Below are positions 53,883 to 64,000 of a DNA stretch of 64,000 nucleotides, piece after piece. This DNA is from Eledone cirrhosa (Eukaryota): positions 5,270,001 through 5,334,000 of the forward strand of contig OZ024757.1 of NCBI GenBank assembly GCA_964016885.1, given 5' to 3'. The notes below the pieces were generated by a model that saw only the letters and a list, made by a program, of their open reading frames with translations, was not told the origin of the DNA and did not search any database. Numbering within the stretch: the stretch's first letter is position 1; the number at the start of each line of letters is the position of its first letter. A program made the position numbers and the translations under genes.

Positions 53883-54570
53883 TGCATTGAAATCAGTGAC
53901 AAATCCTCGCAAAATTGTGAATTAATGAGAATACAAATATATATCGGTGTAATATCTATGGTAAATCATTCTCTTTCAATGTTACATTAACTTCACACAA
54001 ACATATACAGGTGGGAAGCCATATCACTTTGATATGTTTGCAAAATATATCTTTTAATGCAGCAATTTAACTAAATATATGCATAGATGAGGGAAACCAT
54101 ATCATCATCATCATTTTACGTCCGCTTTTCCCTGCATGCAAGGGTGGGATGGGTCCTATTCAGCAAAGCATCTCTCTACTTGTCACGGTCCTTTGTCATC
54201 TACACCGTGAGCTTCAGAGGTCTGCCCTTACCATCTCAGCCCATGTAAATCATTTTCTAATTTTGGTTTCACTAGACACTAACATACAGAAGAGGAACCA
54301 TATCACTGTGATGTCTGAATAAATCCTTCTCTGAAATGTTGTGGCTTGACTAGACACTAACATATACAGGAGAGAAACCATATCACTGTGATGTCTGTGG
54401 TAAATAATTCTGTATATGTTTTGGCTTCCCTACACACCAACATATACAGGAGAGGAACCATATCACTGTGATAAATCCTTCTCTAACTGTTGTGGCTTCA
54501 CTACACACTAACACATACAAGAGAGGAACCATATCACTGTGGTGTCTGTGGTAAATAATTCTCTTGTAAA
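53883..54570 (+). pseudogene. Decayed zinc fingers downstream of the stop codon
   Basis: Repeated accatatcactgtgatgtctgtggtaaat with stops; RTE tail inserted at about 54105-54245. Confidence 0.75.
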
Positions 54571-54879
54571 GGTTACTTGATGCAACACAAACACAATCAG
54601 ACAAGATAAAAACCATGTCACTCACCTAAAATTGTGTCACCAATGTTGTTAATATTTTGAATAAAATTGTTTTACTAAGAAATTCTTCCTTCATTTTATT
54701 TGTAGAAGTTGTAACCAAGACTTGTGCTGACAAAACTGTATTGTTTAGAAATGACATACGCTACATATATGTGAATGTATGTGTGTAGAAATTTGTGTCC
54801 ATGTATATGTTTGTATCTGTATGTGCATATCTGTATTTGATTTATTTATTATGTATGTGTGTATATGTACGTCATCTTC

Positions 54880-55350
54880 ATCAACATCATCACTGTTTTT
54901 ATGTCTGTTTTTCTATGGCATCTTTCAACTTGTCGTGTTCCTTTGTCATCTCCTCTGTGAGAGTCAGTCATTTGAAGTCAGTTCACACAGCCTCTGTCCA
55001 GGTCTTTCTTGGTCTACCTCTACTATGGCTTCCTTCTACTGGGATGTCCTGGCACTTCTTCACCCAGCTGACATTATCCATGTGTATCACATGTCCGTAC
55101 CAATGCAGTCTTCTCTCTTAAGATCCCTCTTAAACCCAGCTTCTCCCTCAACTTGTCCAAGCTCTGCCTTTCTCTCTCACTTAAATGCCACATCCAATGA
55201 AGCATGGTTGCTTCATTCCTCTCCAGTCTACACTTTTTTTCTACTGTCACAGCCATTGTTTCACTACCATGCAGCATCATATTTTATTGGCAGGTGTTAT
55301 ACAGTCATCCTCCACTGCTAATTAAATCACAGAAGCTATCAACCACTTCT
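54880..55350 (-). mobile_element. RTE 3' fragment (paralogue at 57420-58050)
   Basis: MLHGSETMAV...RLERNEA. Confidence 0.75.
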
Positions 55351-55763
55351 ATGTGTGTATAATTACTTGTGTATCTTTATGTGTTTGTGTATATATGTGT
55401 ATACATCTGCATAGATTTGCAGTATATGATACAGCCGGGAAAACATCTCATATTATCTGGGTCCTTCTAGCAGATCCAGCAAGTGGCACATATATATATA
55501 TGTATAATATATATATATATACATATATATATCGTCAGTCGATCGACTTTCGTCAAATTGGACCAAAGAAACAATGTTTCCATTGGTCTTTCCAATTGCT
55601 AATACTATCTATTGGTCACAACTCCAGGTAGAAGGAGCAACATGAAATAAAGTGTCTTGCTCAAGGACATAACACATCACCCAGTCCGAGAATTGAACTC
55701 ACAACCTTTCAATTACAAGCCCAGTGCTCTAACCACTAAGCCATATGTATTATATATATATTC

Positions 55764-55940
55764 CTAGCAGAATGGCCCAGAGATCGCTAAATTGCCTCAT
55801 GCTGTCTCTAGGGCATTGAAAATTTGAAATTTTTCTCCTCAAAACACTCACAGGACTATAAGTATTACATGCGTGAAGTTTGAAAACAATCGGTTGGGTG
55901 GTTCTTGAGTTTTAGGCATTCTCTATTTTAGATATATAGA
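55764..55940 (-). mobile_element. Short non-autonomous Helitron-like element
   Basis: Minus strand starts TCTATATATCTAAAAT and ends gggccattctgCTAG. Confidence 0.5.
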
Positions 55941-56319
55941 TATATATATTATATTATATATATATATATAAGTTATATATATATATCACATATATATATA
56001 TTAAATATATTATATATATATCAACCCACACTATAAAGTGGACATGTAGGCACCATGGAAGAAATGTACCCAGCACTCATTGTAAATGAGGTTGGTGTTA
56101 GGAAGGGCATCCAGCTGTAGAAATCAAGCCAGAATCAGTTCCCGTATGAGCATGACAAGGTCAGCCAACTGGACATTGCCCACAACAGGACAACCCGTCT
56201 AACCCATGCTAGCATAGAAGAACGGACGTAAAACAGTGTTGATGATGATATATATATATATATATATCATCATCATCATTCTACGTCTGTTATTCCCTGC
56301 TTGCAAGGGTGGGACGGGT

Positions 56320-57110
56320 CATTCAATAAAAGTAGTACCTTAAGTAGACACAAACATATACATACAGGAGACAAACCATATCACTGGTATATCAATCTCT
56401 CTCAGTGGTACCTTAACTAGCCATAAACGTACCCATACAGGAGACAGGCCGTATCACTGATATCTGTAGTATATCATTCTCTGGGAAAAGTAGCCTAGCT
56501 ACTTACAAACTTATACATGCAGAAGAGAAATCATAATGCATTGACATCAGTGATAAATCATTCCCTCAAATTCGTGAATTAATGAGAATACAAATACATA
56601 TCAATGTGACATCTGAGAGAAACCATTCTCTTTGAATGTTACACACAAACATATACATAAAGCTGGGAAGCCATATCACATTGATATATTTGGTAAATCT
56701 TTCTCTAAATGCTGTGACTTCACTAACATCTACAGGAGAGGAACCATATCTCTATGATGTCTGTGGTAAATCATTCTCTAAATTCTGTGACTTCATTAGA
56801 CACTAACATCTACAGGAGAGGAACCATATCACTGTGATGTCTGTGGTAAATGCTTCTCTAAATTCTGTGACTTCACTAGACACTAACATCTACAGGAGAG
56901 GAACCATATCACTGTGATGTCTGTGGTAAATGCTTCTCTAAATTCTGTGACTTCATTAGACACTAACATCTCCAGGAGAGGAACCATATCACTGTGATGT
57001 CTGTGGTAAATGCTTCTCTAAATTCTGTGACTTCATTAGACACTAACATCTCCAGGAGAGGAACCATATCACTGTGATGTCTGTGGTAAATCGTTCTCTT
57101 GTAAGATTAC
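56320..57110 (+). pseudogene. Duplicated, frameshifted tail of the ZNF gene
   Basis: Paralogous to about 53660-54590 (SGKSSLATYKLIHAEEKS*); one dead finger is amplified as a 78-bp tandem repeat at about 56730-57090. Confidence 0.8.
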
Positions 57111-58061
57111 TTAATGCAACACGATTAGACAAGATGAAAACTGTGTCACTCACCCAAAATAGTTCCACCAATGTTGTTAATATTTTGAATAAAACTGTTT
57201 TACTAAGAAATTCTTCTCCTTTCATTTTATTTGTAGAAGTTGTAACCAAGAGTTTTGCTGACAAAACTGTATTGTTCAGAATTTACACACGTTATATATA
57301 TGTGAATGTATGTGTGTAGAAATTTGTGTCCATGTATATGTTGTATCTATGTTTGTATATACGTATGTGCATATCTGTGTTTGATTTATTTGTGTATGTA
57401 TGTGTGTATTTGTACGTCATCTTCATCAACATCACACTGTTTTTATGTCGGTTTTTCCATGCTTGCTTGGTTGGACAGGTCCTTCTCAACATGGCATCTT
57501 TCCACTTGATGTGTTCCTTTGTCATCTCCTCTGTGAGAGTCAGTTCTTTGCAGTCAGTTCACACAGCCTCTGTCCAGGTCTTTCTTGGTCTACCTCTACT
57601 ATGGTTTCCTTCTACTGGGATTTCCTGGCACTTCATCACCCAGTGGTCATTATCCATGTTCATCACATGTCTGTATAAACACAGTCTTCTCTCTCCTACA
57701 CCACTTCAGATTACTCTTAAACCCAGCTTCTTCTTGTACTCGTCCAAGCTCTGCCTTTCTCTCACACTTACATAACATATCCTACAAATCATGGTTGTTG
57801 CATTTCTCCCCAGTCTACATATCCGCTGCAGTCACAGCCCTTGTTTAGTTACCATGCATCATTGCACATCACCCACATGTGTCATACAGTTGTCCTTTTG
57901 TACAGAGAGAGAAACCTTTTGTGGTCAACTGTTGCAGTAGCTCTCTAAACTTTTTCCATACTATCCTAATTCTAGCTATTCATCTTTCAGAGCAGCCCCC
58001 TCCACTGATAATTAAGTCAACTAGATTGTAAAAGCAATCAACCACTTCTATGTGTGTATAA

Positions 58062-59523
58062 TCTACTATATAAATGGCAATTTCTGTCTGTCTGTGTATC
58101 TGTGTATAACCAGTTGGTACCTACACCAGTGATCAGATCCTGATGAAACTTTACACACATGTTAAGCTAATATTCAGAAACAGGAGTGGCTAATTATATT
58201 TCAATAAATGGAACCCCTGTGGACATCTTTACAATGGAGGAGGAAAGAGATGTTTCAGTGAGAGAGGGGGAAGAGGATATACTACTACTGTATGTTAAAC
58301 CCTCTCTCCCACTACTCCCCTTCCTCCTCCCACAACTCAGTCCTCCAAAACGAGGCAACAACTTACTAGAAATATACATATAGAAATTTCAACCAAAGTA
58401 GACGACAATGTGCGTTGTTGATTGTTCTCCATTCTGTAGAGAAAGAGAGAGAGGGTTGAGAGAGAAAGAGAGTGTAGGGGATTGAGGAGGGGAGAAAATG
58501 ATAGCGTTCGACAACTTTTACTTTTATTTATTATTTACACACTGTTTAACTCTCCCCCTTCTTCAACCTTACGTCTCTTTCTCTCTCTTTCACACAAGAC
58601 GTACTGTGACTGTGTCTGTTGTGTTGTGTGTCTGGGCAAGTTACAATGTCCACATACACACACACAAACATGCATCTCTATATATATACATATAAAACTG
58701 AGGATGTGTGTGTATGTCCGTACCTACGTTACTTCTACAGTTTGCATGCGATTTTCTTCAAATTTGGAACAAACATGGGTTATGTTCCCCGAAGTGTTGT
58801 GGACTCATAAAATTTTCCATTTTTTGTCTAATGTAGCCCCTAGGTGGACGAAGGCTGCACTGGATCACCGTGACTATCATGTCACATGTGCAAAACTTAA
58901 ATAATTGTTGGTTAATATTTTACTCATCTTAGTGTGTTACGTCCTCTTTCCTTAGATAAGGCCTCAAAAGAAGAGATCCACCATTGGTCGAAAAACAGCG
59001 AAAGCTGAGAGAGGGAAAAGAAGAAAAGCAAAGGAATCATCAGTGGAGGCTACAATTAGACGATCGCAAGATGCTGAATGTAAAGCTACTGCAAGAGTGT
59101 TAGAAAATTACAAGAAGTGTTGTATTTAAGACATAGGTTACTTATGTATTTCGGATGGTCATGGGCACTTTCATTTTTCCAGATATTGATTATAGGGCTC
59201 CCCAGGGGCAGATAACCCCCTTTAACCACTTCCTTGGTGTCGACTGGAGCACTGCAGTGCATTGCAACAATACGTCATAACTTCTGTAGTTCGCAACCGA
59301 TTTTTACCAAACTTGACACATGGGCTACGTGCGTTCTCCAGATGAATTGCGTTCTCCAGATGAATTGCAACATATTGAGTAGGGGATTCCTGGGGCAGGA
59401 ACCCCCTTTTGGAAAAAGACGATTGTGTACAAGTACAGTTTTCGAAGCAGCACTGAAGTATTGACATGATTGCTATACATGACAGCTATTTAATGCCCGA
59501 GATACGCCAGTTACCTCTGCTAG
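58062..59523 (+). mobile_element. Composite non-autonomous Helitron
   Basis: a|TCTACTATATAAA start and ...gcccgagatacgccagttacctctgCTAG|t end; internal KKRSTIGRKTAKA...RRSQDAE joined to an ITRSVVFK* motif; second start-like sequence near 58675. Confidence 0.65.
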
Positions 59524-59904
59524 TCACATCTATAATTAAAACTGACAATTCCACCAATAAAGATTTACCTCCCTTTTTGACAATATGAAACTCTCCTCTG
59601 TTTGAGGTAAAAATTGTTGGAGGAAAGAACTACCTTTTAATATATTTGTCGGCATGCCCAACAACGTGTCTGTTTGGAAGTGCCTCCCCCCAATAAACAG
59701 TGGTGGCCATAAGTAGACTCGGAAACCAATGGTCACACATGTTATGTGTATGAAACATTATTTACCCTAAATAGACTATGGGTACACCAGAGATTTAGTG
59801 AGATACAAGGTAAGTTAACTAAGAACGTAGGTTTTACATGGGGTCATTGCACTGGAGCAGTAAGAAACAATCGCTTTTAGGAAACAAGCTCTATCAAATA
59901 TTAA

Positions 59905-61165
59905 AAGGGTTCCATAGAAGCTGTTGACCGTTTCTCTTACCTGGGGGACCAAATTAGCAGTGGAGGTAGGTGTTCTGAAAGTACAGAAACCAGAGTAAGA
60001 ACAAAATGGCAGAGGTTTATGGTGCTACTACTACTGGTGCTAGCTACAAAAGGTTGTTTCACCAATTTGATGTGTGTATATGGACAGCAATGCTGCATTG
60101 CAGTGATGACCTCAAGATTGGATAGAAATGAAGCTTGAATCTCCGATGGATGTGTAATACATGAAGAACAAATAAACTGAGAGAAAACCTGGGCATGAAA
60201 GGGATAAGATACAGTATGCAGGAGAAGAGATTGCTGTGGTATGGGCATGTGATGTGTATGAAGGTAGAGATGCTGTATAAAAGGTTGACTACTTGAAATT
60301 GATGGAAGAAGAAGACCTAGGAAAGCTTGTGATGAGGAGGTAAAAACTGACCTGACACCATTGTACCTCTCAAAGGTGATTACACAGGATTGAAATCTCT
60401 GGCATTATACAGTACTGCAGGAGACCTGCATTCCCATGTCCTCGGGTTGACACAACATTTAGTGGTTTGAAGTATGGTCCAATTTTCCTCCTCTCTACAT
60501 CTTAACACTCCACCCCCTTACCAGCTAAGTACTCCACCCTGACCTACCTCTCCAATCTCCACCCTACATACACACAGCCCCACTCCCACTTTCACATCTG
60601 ATACACCTTTCTTGACCAACCCATGTATACAAGTATGGAAAGCTTAACATGCTCTCCCCAATGCTGCTTAAATGGCTAAAAGCCCTCAAACAACCCTGTA
60701 AGGTGGTCATGCAAGTGTCATGACAAAAGAACACAGAGTCCTCTCTGTTAGGTAATATGACAAAGAGCACGCAACCCTCCCTGCAAGGTAGTCATGCTGG
60801 TGACATGACAAATAAGCACCCAGTGATGTAGACATGACAGGCGGCCTCTAGCCCACCTTGTAAAGTGGTCATGCTAGTGGCAAGACTGAAGGGACCCGAA
60901 CCACCCTTCAAATTGGTGACATGACAAAGAGCAGCAAAAAGCACCCAGTCCACCCTGTAGGTTGGTCATGTTAGCAACACAACAATAAATACCAAGTCCA
61001 CCCTGTAAATGTGGTTGGAGTTAGAAAGGGCATCCAGCCGTACAATCCAACCAGAAATGGTTCTTGCATGAGCAAGGCAGGGTTATTTGATCTAAGTTTA
61101 CACACAATAGGACAACTCGTCTGACCCATGCTAGCATGTAAATTGAAGTTTAAATTGTGATGAAG
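59905..61165 (+). mobile_element. Old RTE 3' fragment with tail
   Basis: YLGDQISSGG-like and caggagaagaga...tggtatgggcatgtg segments; gaaagggcatccagc tail. Confidence 0.7.
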
Positions 61166-61502
61166 ATAAATACAATAGAGGAATATACACGTATGTATTA
61201 TATTCTTTTACTCTTTTACGTGTTCCAGCTATCTGGCTGAGGCCATGCTGGGGCACTGCCCTTCAGATATATGTATATATATCATAGAATCATGACATAT
61301 CTGAGGGCCTTGAGATTTTCAGGTTCGATCATCACATCGATTGTACCCAGAGTTGGTCCCCAGAGAAACGATTGTAATATGTCCACTAAATTCCACTCAT
61401 TGCAACACTGATTCTCTCTTTTTCTGTGATATACTCTGCTCTATGAGAGCATCGAGTGCTCAAACGGCCTACTGCATATGGACGCTTTAAGCATCCAAAA
61501 CC

Positions 61503-61575
<73 letters not shown>

Positions 61576-62624
61576 TAACAGATTAAACTTTAAGCAAAGA
61601 ATCGCTGCTTTCCCCCTTAACGGGATCTTCTGAAACTAAAAAAAAAATCAATCCATGACCGAAAAAGTAAATATTTCGAAAAACTTTGCAACCGAAGGAA
61701 AACAGGAAGACGATACTTTGGTTCGTGAAGACGTTTCCTGGCAATGAACGGAAAAAAGCGAAGATAATACGTCGTTATGTGGAGCGGGAACAACAATTTC
61801 ACGTAAAGACAAAACCACGTTTATGGTATAAATGGTAGACTAATATACTATTTAGGAAACTGAATGATTCTCGGCTTCGGAGTTCAGAATAATGTAAATA
61901 AATTAGTTGAACGAAAATGACAGAGGTTATTAAAATCATAAAAGTAATAATAATTAAATATATACATATACACATTTATACACGTGTATATACGAAAACA
62001 CACGGCATGCATGCATATACATGCACGTACACATAAACACGCACACACAGACGTAAATCGGCGCGACACATATACCCGCACACATACGAACGTATACACC
62101 AAATACACATATAAATATATGTTTGTGTGTATACATATAATTATATATACATATATAAATATACACGCATAAAAGCGTATAGAACGCACGCTCACACGTA
62201 CCTACAGGTAAATACACATATGTTCACCCAACGTACATATACCAAAACCCTATGTACACATATACACACTCATTCATACCCATTATACACATATACATAC
62301 ATACGTACATATATGTGGATATATATATATAGAGAGAGAGCAGTTGTATTGTATAATATCGCTGCTATTTCTAGCAGTCAGTGAGACTACGTAGAGGCTT
62401 TCTTAGTGATATATAATTGATATTTTATTGAGTGATACTTTCTGATTTACCATCAATTAAATACGATTGGAACTGTGTCTGAAGGTATTAAATTATATCA
62501 GGGACTTTTAACGTATGACACCGGAAGAAGAGTTGAAACATTACCAACGACACCGGGTACCTGCTGTCTTCATTATAACTTTAATTAATCTAATTATATC
62601 TTGTGTAACAATTATATATATATA

Positions 62625-63037
62625 TACACAATTTTAATTCCCCGACATCAGTCTTACACTGTCATATCTATTCTTACTTTACAATTGTGTCTACTAAGAG
62701 TTCCATTACAATCTGTAGTAGTAAAACTACTATTTCACCAGAACATCTGCTATCAGTCATTTATAGACAATATATATATTTTAGACCACATATCAACCTA
62801 ATATATATATATATTTCCTATCAAATCTGTAGCTAAAGACATAAAGTCAGCCTCACTACTTCATTCTGACAAGATATCAATTTATGACTAAAGATGAAGA
62901 AGATACACCAACGTTAATGTCGTGAAATAAAGCTGATAACATTGAAACTTCTAATTTGATAACAAAGAGATTATTTCTTTGGTTGTTTAGTAACAACTAA
63001 CAACACAACACATTGATTATATGTGAAGGAGGTAAGT
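62625..63037 (+). other. Repeated upstream-exon module, copy 4 (donor GT at 63032)
   Basis: Near-identical to copies 1-3; lies within the duplication of about 26260-28340. Confidence 0.6.
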
Positions 63038-63068
63038 TGACAAAGATTTACTTGAAGTCTATAATAAT

Positions 63069-63180
63069 TGTTTCTACTTTAGGCACAAGGCCAGCAATTA
63101 CCCAGTACATTACTGGTACTTTATTTTGTCGACCCCGTAAGGATGAAAGGCAAAGTTAACCTCGGCGGGATTGGAACTCA
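63069..63180 (-). mobile_element. 5'-truncated SINE family A with TSD
   Basis: gtctataataat at 63057-68 and 63181-92; the site is empty in the paralogue near 27005. Confidence 0.85.
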
Positions 63181-64000
63181 GTCTATAATAATGATAGCCC
63201 CAAATACTAACTGCTTTACTATACATTAGATAATGTAGTCCTAGGTAAACTATGTCTGATAGCCACTATACTGTACATTAGATAATGTAGACCTAGATAC
63301 ACTATGTCTGATAGCCATTAATACTAATTTCTTTACTGTACATTAGATAATGTAGTCCTAGATATACTATGTCTGATAGCCACTAATACTAACTACTGTA
63401 CTCTATATTAGATAATGTAGTACTAAATACACTATGTCTGATAGTCACTAGTATATACGTAGTTCTCAGGGAGATTCAGCGAGACGTATGACATGGCTTC
63501 CCTTTGAAATACATGTAGAACCCATCTTATATTATAATGTGTCTGAGTATTTCATTGACACGTACACCGTTGACATTGTTCTCAGGGAGATTCAGTGTTT
63601 CAATTCTATGTAACAACGTTTCCACTATAATTATGGTACAACTTATTATTTTTCCGGTTGGGTGAAATAAAACAATGAGAAATAATGTGTCTTGTTCAAG
63701 GCCTCAACGTACAGACCACCCGTCTGGGATTCGAACTCACGAACCATACGTTCATGTAATGCGTGCTATCACCGCCTAAAACCGGTTTCCTCCACATAAA
63801 TTACACAGGAATTACAATCCGGATTAATTCACGAACAAGAATTACAATAAGTCGCTGAGAGTGATCTCCCTTGGCTGACTTTAACATCTTTTCTTCCATT
63901 AGAAATTAATTTCTTTCATGTCCGACTGAAAGACTCTGGAGTTTTTACCTGTCTTGGGTTTAATTAATGAGGAATTTTGAGGTATTTATAACAATTATTA

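Noticed and set aside
59560-59820. Faint PLE RT-like motifs
   Set aside because: Too degenerate to support without a translated search.

Overview
AT-rich, microsatellite-dense animal genomic DNA. The [16 protein letters not shown] zinc-finger arrays, RTE LINEs with (GAT)n tails and tRNA-derived SINEs suggest an octopus (coleoid cephalopod) C2H2-ZNF cluster; the species is inferred, not proven. Most short ORFs in the track are microsatellite or antisense artefacts. Supported content: (1) one apparently intact RTE LINE ORF on the minus strand (APE + RT + Cys/His finger, 35616-38840) and more than a dozen degraded copies. (2) A C2H2-ZNF locus with 14 intact fingers but a frameshifted, retroposon-interrupted 5' end, plus a tandem duplicate of its tail. 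(3) A roughly 450-bp module ending in GAG|GTAAGT, repeated four times, probably the upstream exon of the ZNF genes. (4) Three phase-compatible candidate exons encoding a RING finger and a death domain. (5) A Penelope-like element remnant: a GIY-YIG C-terminus bracketed by inverted repeats carrying type I hammerhead ribozymes. (6) A fold-back MULE-like element whose arms each carry a histone-mRNA-type stem-loop. (7) hAT, Tc1/mariner and Helitron non-autonomous elements, two SINE families and many minisatellites. All calls were made by eye; boundaries of degraded repeats are approximate.
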